In this document: piece by piece, positions 24,571-36,183 of the stretch
Position numbering within the stretch: the stretch's first letter is position 1
Layout: each line of letters opens with the position of its first letter
Source: Macrostomum lignano
Lineage: Eukaryota
Length of the DNA stretch: 53,714 nt
Assembly (NCBI GenBank): GCA_002269645.1
Contig: NIVC01004238.1
Coordinates: forward strand, 1-53,714
Direction: 5' to 3'
The notes under the pieces: generated by a model
Told to the model about the DNA's origin: nothing
Database searches by the model: none
The model's input: only the letters and a program-made list of their open reading frames with translations
Translations under genes and position numbers: made by a program

Positions 24571-27379
24571 GGTGATAGCAATTAATTAAATGGTTTGCTT
24601 TGTAGTTGAAAGTGAAATTATTATTTTTACAGATCCCATAAATTAAAGTTTAAATACATGCTTTATATATATATTTCTTGTATGAGTATATTTTACTTTA
24701 AAATACTTTAAAATATATTTATATACTACTCCTAGTTTAGGTCACACAATTGGCCAAAAGCAAAATAAACTGCTAATAAAAAAGTTAGTGAACCTATTTC
24801 AAATACCAACAACTAACTTTGCAACTACCCCTAGTAGCAATAATTTCTTATAGTCAATATATGTAACTGTCAATCAGCCAACTGCACCACTATGAATAAA
24901 TCTTTTCCTAATCTCCAATATAGAACCATTCCAATTAATCTATATTAAGGTCTTTGGGAATATATTTAGATTTCTTAGATTGAACCAAAAAGGATTTCTG
25001 ATAATGTTTAGATTATTTGGCTAGTCTATTAGCTTTGTCTTTTTTATTTTTAAACTATGCCTAAATGGAGTTTGCTAGCATCCTTTGGGTTATTATCTTC
25101 CTACAATAGCCAATCATGCTTAAGCTTTCAGCTTTTTTATGCTAAGATAGACATTAACAACTAATATTTCTTGATATATGACCAAGTTTATAATTCTATG
25201 AATTTGGACTTCTATAAAAGAAATTTGATTGATTTTTTGTAAAATTCCAATCAGGGTTTACAAAATTTTCTTTCAATCATATTCAAATTTCATCTAGCAA
25301 GTATAGACATAGTTTTACCAAAAAGCTTACTTTTTGTAGATTGTAACAAAAATGACCTTTTGTTTTAAGGTGAAAACTTAAAGGCAAAAAATTGATTCCA
25401 GACTTTCAAGGCTATGGAGAGAACTCATCTTATGTCTTTAGCCAAAAGCAAGCATTTGGTATAGAATAATCAAGCATTAACACCACTAGATCTTACTTTA
25501 CTAGTTTTATCTATAGATGTTTCTGTGTTGTTCTAATAAATCCAAAGTTAATTTTTGCAAAAAATGGATAATTGAAAAAGGAGACCACAGACATTAAGAA
25601 TTATGTAACACTAGTACTGACCTTCCCCTCACATTCCCTGGTATAAGTCTTAACTAGAACTAGATAAAAGGAAATTCAAACAACAACTTTTTTGTTGCAG
25701 AATTATCTTTAGTTTGATATATAAAACATAAAATTTAGGAAAGGTACTAAGGAGCTAGAGTAGTAGAGTAGACATTCTAGAAACTTTTTGGACACCCCTT
25801 GTAATAGACTATATTACCTTTTTATAGAAAAGGCTTATTAAAAGAAAATTTAACATTTATAAAAAATTAGCCTAGTCTAGGCTTTTATAGGCTTTTTTTT
25901 AATTGAACAAAAATGGTAAGTTCTAAACTAGCATAACAGGTTATTATATATGCAAAAATGCAAAACAGACAATATTCAGTTTCCCATAATAAATTATTTT
26001 AACATTGAATTTTAAAACAAAAACTAATTTATTAAAATATAGTACAATTAAGACATGTACAAGTGTTTCAAATATTGGCAAGTCATAAAAACAAAGTTAT
26101 TGTATATGGCATAGTAATAGGTTACCTCACCTAGTATAGAAAGCTTCCTAAGCATTTGCATTGATCATTTGTTCATATGTCCATATTTTATAATTATCTA
26201 AATTACCCTACAATGAAAAAACAATGTTTTTTATATTTTACCATAGATAGGTATTTAATGTCCATAGGACATCCATATATGTCCTATGATGTGTCCATGG
26301 GCATGGGACATCCATACATCTATGTCCTATGTATCAATAAATGATCATAGATATGATAAATTATTTTTGTATATTAACACATTGTGAAACTGAAAGTCAT
26401 AACCAACCATGATTTATTATTTTGCTTCCATACAAATATACCATCAGTTTTTGCCGACCTAAGCGATTTTATTCGGTAGTAGTAGTAATAAAGTGGCTTA
26501 GGTTGAACAGCCCGTTTAGCCAGTACTATATTTTGTTTACTGATAAATCTATTTGTATTTGTTGCACAATGTACATTTAAACGATATTTTCTATGAAACT
26601 ATCAAAGTTGAATATGCGCGAGTTTTGATATTTGCGGTATATAAAAGCAAAACAAAAACAAAAAAATGGAAACGAAGTCCATAGAGGTACGACAACAAAA
26701 TAGGTAGCAAGAAAAGCGGGTTGAATATAATTTGGATTGTCGGTATAAAGTGTATTGTATTTTGACCGAAGTTGATACTAGTCCTTGATATTTTAGAAAA
26801 CCGGAAAAAATTAATTAAAAAATTTATGAGCGCCGGCATGATGAAATAAAAGAAATTCAATACATAAATTAAATACATGTAAATAGATGTTTTTGCGCCA
26901 AGAATTCAATTAAAATGGGTTGAACAAACAAAGAAGAAAACTTTTTTTGAGGAAAAGGAAGGGGCAAAGGCAAAAAATTCAAGCCATAAAAAACTGTACG
27001 TATGAGAATTGCTATGTGCTTGATGATTAGACCCCTCAAACCTAGCTACTTCAGGTTGGCCCGCCAAGACCCCTAGGCCCAGACCTAGATCGATTCAAAA
27101 CTGTTAAAATAGGTTGGGAAATTCTAAAAAAAGAAAAAAACATTACGTCATGATTTTTCCAGTCATCCTGCCGCTGCCCACTGAATACTCAAATCAAAAG
27201 AGTATTTTTTTATTAGAGGCAGAGGGGTTGTGTGCACCCTCGCGCACTTTAAGCGACATAGGCACACAACTGGCGAGAGGCATTACTGCCCATTCCGCCG
27301 ACTCCCCTACTGAGCAGGCATACAAGCGCGCGGATACGTACACAGGCACACACTCACACAGGAGTGTACAGCGGCCCTA

Positions 27380-27567
27380 ACTTTATATTATGGTTAGGCA
27401 TGTACACTTCACTGCGCCTTGGGGGGGTTGGCTCTCAAGGCCGTTAATTGCACGAGCAGAGCCAAGCCGAGATTCCAATTCAGCCCCAAATTAATGTGAC
27501 TGCACTTGGAATCGAGCCTGGGTCGCTGGCACACCAGAGCCTGCGCTACCGCTGGGCTACGCCCCCC
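27380..27567 (-). mobile_element. tRNA-derived SINE
   Basis: The minus strand begins GGGGGCGTAGCCCAGCGGTAGCGC (A-box-like) and carries GGCTCGATTCC (B-box-like), followed by a non-tRNA body. The 3' boundary is approximate. Confidence 0.7.
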
Positions 27568-28207
27568 TTAATCAAAAGAGTAAAGTGTAGTGAGCCGCTA
27601 GGTTTGGTGTTAGGCGTCGCACTTTTGTCAGCAGTTTCGCTTGCCCTTGCACTCGCTGCTTGCGGCTTCGCCTGTCTCTCCCTTTTTTCTCTGCGCTCTT
27701 ATAGTTCGCAGCCACAGCTGCATCTCGCTGCTGTGATCTGCTCTTGGTTCGCTCCATTTCTGAGGTCACAGCTGGTGGCCAGCTGTTTTCCCTTGTCATG
27801 TGAGCTAGTCATGTAAGATGTTTACTGCATTCGTTGGCCCGTGTTTTGGGGGAATCCCGAGTCCCGAAACCCTTGCCTTGTTTAAGGCAGGAGGTGCAGA
27901 CGTCAGTTCTAAAAATACATGTTGGCACTGATCGAGTCACGCCGTCTGGCGCACACTGCCCAAGGACGCCTGCCTTGCCTTCTATAAGGTGGAAGGTGAC
28001 GTCAGTTCTAAAAATAGAACAGAGTCACGAGGTCTTGCGCACACTGGCGCAATGGGGATTCCCAGCCTATAAGAACGGACCCCCTCACCCATGTACCTAT
28101 ACAGCCACTAAAAAGAGGACCTATAAGGTATTATTACTGCCTTTTGTATACATGGTCAGTGAGATTGAAGCACATTTTCAATCAACAGGTCATTAAAATA
28201 CATGTTG

Positions 28208-30003
28208 CTAGCTTTTTCGAGTCCTGCCCAGACAGAAAGTGCAGCTGTTGCAATTCTTGGCCTTCTTCAAGAGATCTCTCGCCTCTTGATTAATCGCTGC
28301 ACTGATTTCATCCTTCCGCGCAGTTGGAAAGTGCTGCAGAGTGATGGCCGTTATCTGCTGCAGAATGAAGATTGGGTAACTTTGCTTTCCTTGAAGCCGA
28401 GGCTCTCCAACTGTAAGTTTGTACCTTTCGTAACCAGGAATTGCTAATCGTGACAGTTGAGCTGCAAGCGATCCAGCGGAGTCAGATTTAACTTTCACAG
28501 CATGCAGATCGGCAGGTGTCAGGTCGTCAAGTTCAACTGGAGTCACGAGATTGTGAAAGCTATCAAACTGTGAGAGTGCCTTGCAGCGGTAGTCAATGTC
28601 TACTATCTGCAGCGACTTCGGTGTGCCCCGTCCAGCTGACAGCGAGCCTGTAGGTGCAGTTGGAACATGTGTGAGTCTGTTCAGCCGCCTTGGAGTTGGA
28701 GTGGCTACCTGAGCACCCGTGGAGAGCGCAGCAGCGTTTCCAGGGCTTATTGGCATGCTTGATGGCATCACAGGAGGCTTCTCGAGAGCTTGAAGAATGT
28801 GCGTTAGGTGTAGCTCAATCGAAGATACAGAGCGCTTGAGCTCACTAATATCGGCCTTTATTATTGCCAGTTCTGAGCACGCACTTTCGCTGATCAAAGA
28901 ATTCCGACTTGATTTGCAGCTTTGATGCAGTTGAACCACTTTATCGATTCCTTCCAGCAACTTCTGAAAGGCGGCCTCTCCATGATTAGCACCCAGTGAA
29001 AGAAGGCTCAGTTGCGGCCGAGGCAGCTGCAGGAATTCGGCGCAATACAGTTGCTTTTGGCTTCTGATGCCTGATGCCGTAGTTTTTTATCTTGATAGCT
29101 GCCTGCTGAGTTGCAGATGGCCCGTCGCTGGAGGTCACGCCCACTTTCCTTTTCTTCACAGACGGCTCTTGCAGTTCAGTGTTGTCACTCTGAGTGCCAA
29201 TACTGAGAAATCCCCCAGTCGGTTCGTCTTGGTCACGCTGCCACCGTGCTCGCTCGGACAAAATCTGCTTCCATCGCTGCATCTTGATGAAGGCATATTC
29301 TGATTGCCGCAGTGAAGTCTCATTGTCTGCAAGTTAAAAAATATTGTGTTCTGAATTCCTGGGATTGTAACTCCAACAGGGGTCGCCATCATAAACCCGA
29401 AAAATCACAACTCCGAAAGCACTTCCCATCACCAACCCGAAATATCACAAACCCGAAATATCACAAACCCGAAATATCACAAACCCGAAATATCATAAAC
29501 CCGAAATATCATATCTCCGAAAACCAAAATAGCAACGCCCATCACAAACCCGAAATATCATAAACCCGAAATATCATAACTCCGAAAGTGCTAGCACTGC
29601 TAGCATGATGGGCGTTGCTATTTTGGTTTTCGGAGATATGATATTTCGGGTTTATGATGGACGTTGCCATTTTGTTTTCGGAGATATGATATTGAAGAGT
29701 TGATTCGGGAGGTGATCAGTCTCCCGAAAACTCCCACTTCCAGACACTTAAGCCTGGGAACAAAAATGTAGTGCACTTACTGTTGCGGGCTCTTCTTCTG
29801 TGTCCGGCAGGTTCTCCGAGCTCGTTCCTTGTTTCTTCTTTGTTGCGCGCGTTTGTAGAGTTCGCTTCTTCCAATCTTCTTCTCCGGAGGAATCTTCTTG
29901 AAGTCTTCGAAGTCCAAAGTCGGCCGAGAGTGAGAGCAGAACAGTGAAGTCGACGTCGAAATGTCTCCTCGAGTGCGGGATTCAGAACGTTTCTCGAGTG
30001 CCA
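28208..30003 (-). CDS. BEN-domain protein gene; main exon includes 28960-28208, upstream exon structure uncertain
   Basis: Coiled-coil-like segment (ELAIIKADISELKRSVSSIELHL), a P/S-rich linker, then a BEN-like C-terminus (SAGSLAAQLSRLAIPGYERYKLTVG...GKQSYPIFILQQITAITLQHFP...EISAAINQEARDLLKK). A likely intron lies at 29780-29327 (GTAAGT...TTGCAG). TATA-like TATAAATA on the minus strand near 30419-30426. Confidence 0.65.
29388..29695 (+). repeat. 16-bp satellite element (ATATCACAAACCCGAA) with an internal foldback
   Basis: Begins CATCATAAACCCGAAAAATCACAACTCC. About 55 bp around 29490-29543 is inverted at 29606-29660. Confidence 0.85.
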
Positions 30004-30460
30004 TATCAGTATCAACAGTGCGCCCTAATAAACTCAAATTCTAACGCGAGGTCCTCCAAAGGGGGCGTCTTCTTCTAGATCTAACGGAATCGGAGTCGTG
30101 TGCTCCTATCGGTTAATCTAGGATAATCCAAATCAACAGTCAGTAATCCTCTAAGGGTATCGGAATCGGTCCGCAGATCCAATCCAATCCCTTAGGAAAA
30201 TGGGAGGCCTCAAATAGTCTCAGTAAAGTCAGCGGATCAGCAACGGCCGGCCGGCAATAAAATCGCTCTCAATAATCAAAATAGCGAAGACTTGAACAAA
30301 GCTTCCTAATTGATACGCTTCTCTCCCAGAGATATAGCCTCGATTAGTTGCTCTAACTAACCACAAGATCTTTTGAGGCTGCTCCGAGTCTGAGGTTTTA
30401 GCTCGGATTTTACGCTTATATTTATAGTCGAATTTTTGGTATATATTTAGTAGCGCGACT

Positions 30461-30513
30461 CATATTTCATCATATTTCATCATATTTCATCTTATTTCAT
30501 CATATTTCATCAT
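30461..30513. repeat. 10-bp repeat (CATATTTCAT) x5
   Basis: Direct reading. Confidence 0.9.
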
Positions 30514-30662
30514 CGTTGCAACTTGTCTCATGCTTCGTTGTACGTTGTATTCACGGTCTTAAAATAGAGTATGACAGTTTGCAATTTTTATAACATTCAA
30601 GTTTTTCGCATTTTTATGTTACTACTTACAGTAGTTTACTTTGTATCGTATTTGGAGATCTC

Positions 30663-30997
30663 TACAATATTTCGGGTTAATGATGAATGTTGCTAGCACT
30701 TTCGGAGTTATGATATTTCGGGTTTGTGATATTTCGGGTTTGTGATATTTCGGGTTTGTGATATTTCGGGTTTGTGATATTTCGGGTTTGTGATATTTCG
30801 GGTTTGTGATATTTCGGGTTTGTGATATTTCGGGTTTGTGATATTTCGGGTTTGTGATATTTCGGGTTTGTGATATTTCGGGTTTGTGATATTTCGGGTT
30901 TGTGATATTTCGGGTTTGTGATATTTCGGGTTTGTGATATTTCGGGTTTATGATGAAAAGCGCTTTTAGGAGTTGTGATTTTTCGGGTTTATGATGC
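30663..30997 (-). repeat. Second copy of the 16-bp satellite element (ATATTTCGGGTTTGTG, about 15 copies), inverted relative to 29388-29595
   Basis: Its reverse complement starts CATCATAAACCCGAAAAATCACAACTCC and includes ATAACTCCGAAAGTGCTAGCA, as in the first copy. Confidence 0.9.
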
Positions 30998-31138
30998 CCC
31001 CCCCCTCCAACAGTGCTCCTAAGCACCAACCCTAAAGGGTCAAATGGATCTTTTTGGCGCCGAGTGCCATTTTTATGCCCTGTTGGATCTTTCAAGAGGT
31101 CCGCCTCCCCCGAATTAAAAATCTTGGATCCGCCACTC
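30998..31138 (-). mobile_element. Single end of a hAT-like MITE, abutting the satellite element
   Basis: The minus strand reads AGTGGCGGATCCAAGATTTTTAATTCGGGGGAGGC, similar in style to the left end of the 8952 element. No partner end was found. Confidence 0.45.
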
Positions 31139-33744
31139 TTTTTAAAGTATGAAATAACAACTAGAAAAGCATGTAAATATTAACACGATGTATGTCGGAG
31201 GCAATTTGTGCAAGCAAACTTACCAGCAACGTCAATTACTTCGACCACATGATGCTCGTTTTGATAATTGATAGTCAGACGTTGCCCAGATCGAACTTCC
31301 TCAGATTTTCCCACTTGAAAATGTCAAGTAAACCGTCTGAATCAAAAAGCACCAGAAGGTGTACATTCTGCGCTCTAGGGGCGACTGGACGACGAGAACC
31401 AGAATTCATTAGTAGAAGTGAATAATAGAGCAGTTATTGTTGAAAATGAGATCAAATAGTTGCTAAATACGCTCGTAACAACTCCTTAATGTGCTTTCTC
31501 GTTTAAGTTTTAAATCCGAGCACAGTAGAGACGATAATGAGGGGTAATAGGGTGACACAACAGAGGGTCGCGTCTCGGTGGGGGTGGGTGGAGCGAGCCA
31601 ATCAAATGTGTTTCCCGCGGGAATGACCCATGGGAATCCTGCGGGAAATCAGTTCCTTCCCGTTGCCTTGACTGTAGGTGCCCCTGGCCTTCCCAGCAGG
31701 ATTGTTAAGTGCTGTCGCAAATGCAGTGCTGCATGTACATGTATCGGCCCTAACATGGAACAGTACAAGACCCAATTCTATATAACAGATCCTCTGAATG
31801 CCCCAAAATTGGACAAATCCCAGATAAAGATAATTTCAGCGGGTGTTTCTGCATCCCTCAACGTACACCGGCACTACAGTTATAAATTTGAAATTCGAGT
31901 AATGGACCGGATGGACAATGGAGAGGCTAAGAAGAGCAGCCAAGGACAGACAGTGATGGCGGAAGCTGGCGCATGAATCGGTGCGCCAACAGCCATGACG
32001 ACAAAACCTTTGTCCTTCGCAATTGTACTTTCGTTAGGTAGGTGAGTCTGTAGAAAGTTCGCCACCAGCAAAGGGCCAGACTCTGTAATCGGTGCTGAAG
32101 CTGTGTGGTTGCTATCCCCGCCCTCCAAAAATTGAGTGGATTACTCTGATCCAGCTGAAGTGCTGGAGTGGAACCTTGGGCGGCTTGGTTGTCCATTCCG
32201 AGTTCCTTCCGGAGTTGCCGCTCTTCCCGCTGCAGCTTGAGAAGCTGGATTCGTCAGAGCGATCGCATCTTCCAGCCATTTTCGGCAATCGTTCTCGCCG
32301 ACGAAAGGCCAACGTTGAAAAACCGAGACGTTGTAAGCCTTTGATGGTCAGCAATTTCCTTGCTACAATCGAGTATGTACACTAGACAGCGGAACTCTTT
32401 AACCAGTTGATCATCGTAATTAAAAATAAACCCGATACCAACAGAGAAAGCAACGCACTGCTCGGACGGTGCCCGATGCTGAATGGTTCGCTGAAGCACA
32501 AGTCCCATCCGCCATACGTCTGAGCCGTCAGTTCTTCTGCTGTAGCGACAGTGAAACTGAGGCTGCTACTGATAGTACGCATGTTCCAGCTGTTGCTGTG
32601 TCAAGTCTCTCGCACTGATGCTCAAAAATTGTTTCCTTTCAACTGAAACAGGAATCTGTACTATATTAATAGCTTGTACCCGACTCACTAACGCTTCAGT
32701 GCCGCGCAGAAAGTACGAGCTAATTACTAATACGAGTAAAGGGAAGCTCCCAAAGCTGAAAATTTTCGAAATCCAAGTCGGAATCCAATTTGATTCATAC
32801 TTCATCATCAAATCGACAAAGTTATCGTAGTTTGGGACCGACACTATAGGCTGCTTGACTTTCCATATCGACCCGGTAGCCGCGGCGAGTTCGACAGCCT
32901 CCCGGAGATTCCGATGCTCACTTCCAGAACTTCGATAAGCAAGCGCTAGTCGTTTTGAGTGACCTAGATAGGTCTCTGAAAACCAAGGCCTTTTTGCATT
33001 CGACGGACGCAGGCCCTCCCGTAAGTAAACAACACTGTCTGGTTTTTCCGTCGGTAACTATAGGGCCTGACAGCCAAAATCGTAGAAAGCAAATTTGCTG
33101 CCTTCGAAACTCCCTCAATAGTAGTCAATTCAAGGCAAAAAACTAGCAGATTTCCGGGCGTTTGTGATTGGTGAAGTTGTTCCGCAATTGTCGCTATGTA
33201 GCTACCCAAACCGCCAATCTAGCTGTTACATGAGCGCTCTAACAGGCGTGTTGATTAAAAATTGTTTTAATCAAAAAATTGCAAGCAGAAAACTTTGGCC
33301 TTTACACACAAAATTCTCTCCAGTACGAGCGTATATACAGTAATATTGTCAAACTTTGCTGATCGACCGGCTCACTGCAGTATTTATCACGTACATATAA
33401 TATCTTGTACTCTTGTTCAAGGACTTCTTGCAAAGGCTGCGATTTGGCATCCACGCAAACAAACTTTACATGTACTTCATGAACTGTAGCGCCATCATGT
33501 TTATTACGAGCGTATTACTCATGACGTCTCATCTTAATCAGAGTGCGCATGAAATCTATTGATATTTGCAGTCTTGACAACATCACGTATCCTGAAAAAC
33601 ACCGTCTTTAATTATACACGAAGCCATTTCCAACCTACACTCGTACCTTTGCTCAAATATGAAAGCAAAAAAAATGTTTACGGTTAAAACATTCGCTGCC
33701 CACGCACAATTCCTACATTCGCTCTTCAAGAGACGCACGAAAGT

Positions 33745-34767
33745 CTAAGCGTTCGGCTTATTTACGAGCTTTCTACCCGTACGAGTCAACTGACGTAGCG
33801 AGTCTCGAACTTTGTTCAATCCAGCGTCTGAATTTTGGGCTCGAGCATCGTTTGCAGCGAAATTTTTATTAATAAAATGAAACTGGCAAAGTAGATTTAG
33901 TTTGCCATCGCTGGATCTCAAGCTTCTCTGTCTGTAGTGCCACAATCGAAATCCAACCTGGTCGAGCCTAGAAATGACTCTCATTTCGCCTCGCTTCATC
34001 TCAACTGAGACATTCTGGCCTATCGGAACTGCTAGGAGTAACTGCTTGACAACTAGCGCCGATTCGTCTGCGATGGCTTCGTCGACAGCTTCCCAGCCGG
34101 AGACGCCAAGGTTCACTTCGAGCACATCGATGATGAGATTTTCCGCTCCGAGGCGCTTTAAATGACCAAGGTATGTGTCTTCTGGCCTGGACACCGTCGT
34201 TTTTGATTGTTTCAAACCTTCTCTTAGGTAGAATACTCTGTTGTTGACGCGAGATTTTTCTGTCTGCGCTGTTGTTGGATCGAACACAAGAGCTTGACAG
34301 CCGAACCTGATAGCTAACTCGCTAGCCTCAATACTCCACTGTTCGTTGATGTCAAAAGATATCGCGAAACATGGTGGCTGCGGTTTGAATGGTCCAGCAG
34401 TGCAAAGCATCCAGGATGAATTCGTCGATTCCCCCAGGTGAACAGTTTTGCTACAGTTTGCCGTGACCTGCAGCGAGGCTCCACTGTGATAGATAATTGA
34501 CACGCTGGCGTCGCTTAGCTGGTTGACTCGATCGGCGTAGAGCTGGTGCCGACCGTGCTCAAATATCACCTGGTCGCTGCCGTAACTGAACACTGTCGGA
34601 CCGCTGTGCTGTCCGAGCGTCGACTTGGCTTCAAACAGGTAGCGACTCAACGCGATGTAGGGATTTCCAGTCAGGGTTAAAAGGATAATTAGTGAAGAAA
34701 TCAACACTACAGCGAGGAGCGCTTTGCGTCGAGTGCTCGATAATTTTTTTGTTATTCTGACCGACAT
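33745..34767 (-). CDS. METTL24-family (Methyltransf_22-like) type II membrane protein, 340 aa, with degenerate motifs
   Basis: N-terminal basic residues plus a TM helix. Family-like blocks: WMLC...PPCFAISFDINEQWSIE...GCQALVFDP, IDVLEVNLGVSGWEAV, VKQLLL, GFRLWH. Confidence 0.75.
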   Translation of the reverse strand: MSVRITKKLSSTRRKALLAVVLISSLIILLTLTGNPYIALSRYLFEAKSTLGQHSGPTVFSYGSDQVIFEHGRHQLYADRVNQLSDASVSIIYHSGASLQVTANCSKTVHLGESTNSSWMLCTAGPFKPQPPCFAISFDINEQWSIEASELAIRFGCQALVFDPTTAQTEKSRVNNRVFYLREGLKQSKTTVSRPEDTYLGHLKRLGAENLIIDVLEVNLGVSGWEAVDEAIADESALVVKQLLLAVPIGQNVSVEMKRGEMRVISRLDQVGFRLWHYRQRSLRSSDGKLNLLCQFHFINKNFAANDARAQNSDAGLNKVRDSLRQLTRTGRKLVNKPNA

Positions 34768-35526
34768 ATTAACTCGAGAAATTTGTCATTAGATGGCGAT
34801 CGCAATTTGTTTTACCACTGCTGCAAGAAAAACTGACTCTCTCTTTAAGCGGCCTCATGCGTTTTGAGCCACCTGTACACTTAAGGACATCGCTGGCGTT
34901 TAGATTACATGTACGAGCGTACACTCCCAAGGTCCTTTGCAAGCTTTGGCAAAGATTTCTTGTGTAGCGGCGTGATAAACTCGGGCGTTGAAAGTTTATT
35001 TGGAATGATATTGTACAGTTCCAGGGTCAGGCATGAGTGTGTGCGCTGCTCTGCAACGGAGCAGGCATTATCGTCACGTACGCGGTACATTGAGTATACT
35101 TTGAGAACAGTAACCTTGTAATACTCGTAGTCATAGTATACAGAATTTTATTGCAATACTAACTATAAAAATCGGTGACTGTCAAGGTGATTTGTTGAAT
35201 TTATTATTAAATTGAATTTATTAATTTTTTGCATAACATCTCTGTGAAACTAAATAATAGAGAGTCGAGGCAGACTATTTTTTTTAATTGAATGAAAAAT
35301 CTGCAAAATGAATTTCTGCCGACAATGGGAAAATTATTAGTTTTCAATTTAACATGTACCGGATATTTGTCAAACACCAGTTACGAGTATTCAGCTTATC
35401 GTAAATTTTTCTTTTAAAAATTATTAGAAAAAATTCCAATTAATTCTTTCTCTGTTTCAACTTTATTTTTTAGCATCCGGTCGCACGATATGACAATTTT
35501 TTACATGAAATTTAAAGGTTTGTTTT

Positions 35527-35650
35527 AGGGAATACAATCCCGGGATCCCGAAATCCCGGGATTAGACCAAAATCCCAGGATTCTGAATCCCGGTATTTCG
35601 ATTAGGCCAGAATTCGAAAATCTCGGGATTGACCATCGGGATCCGGATCC
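35527..35650 (+). mobile_element. Probable hAT-type terminal fragment with ATCCCGGGAT subterminal repeats
   Basis: TAGGGAATACAATCCCGGGATCCCGAAATCCCGGGATT followed by further ATCCCG/CGGGAT motifs. No matching other end was found. Confidence 0.45.
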
Positions 35651-36183
35651 TGGTTTGCAGTAATTCAATCATTCATTCTGAAGCAGTAGCATCTGCAGCT
35701 GAGCAATTTGTCAGGTGAAAATCATAACCTATTTGTCTTGCTTTGATTTATTAATCTTTAAGCATGCAGGCTAGTGAGACTGAGAAGGCTAGGGCTGCAG
35801 GGATACAAAACTGAAGCTGTTGGCAGATTGTAAGGAGATTTCAGGTGTAACAATGTACGTGCAGCTGTATGCAAATGGTACTCGCAGACTAATGTAACTA
35901 TTATTCAAAAACCTGTGCACAGAGCCTAAAGCAATAGAGGCCAATTCCTCATTGTTTCCGATAACAGCGCTATAGCTTGCCAGACGGCAGTCAAATAATT
36001 GTTCATTTGAACTCTCCCTCTATATCTCAAACCCAGATGCCCAGAATCGGGTTGGTGACAGAACTATTTTAAGCAGTCCCTACCTTCAAAACTCCTTGGC
36101 CGTATGTAGCTGGGATTAGAACAGGGGGACCTTGCTATCGGACCACAACCCAAGCTACCAATTCTCCATCTAGGGCAGGTGCC

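Noticed and set aside
25787-25803. Mariner-like TIR half (TTTTGGACACCCCTTGTA)
   Set aside because: The match is short and no partner end was found.
26455-26503. Small imperfect hairpin (ACCTAAGC...GCTTAGGT)
   Set aside because: Only about 8+5 bp in AT-rich DNA, with no supporting context.
27495-27567. Functional tRNA gene
   Set aside because: The A/B boxes are present, but I could not fold a proper acceptor stem and anticodon arm, and a SINE-like body follows.
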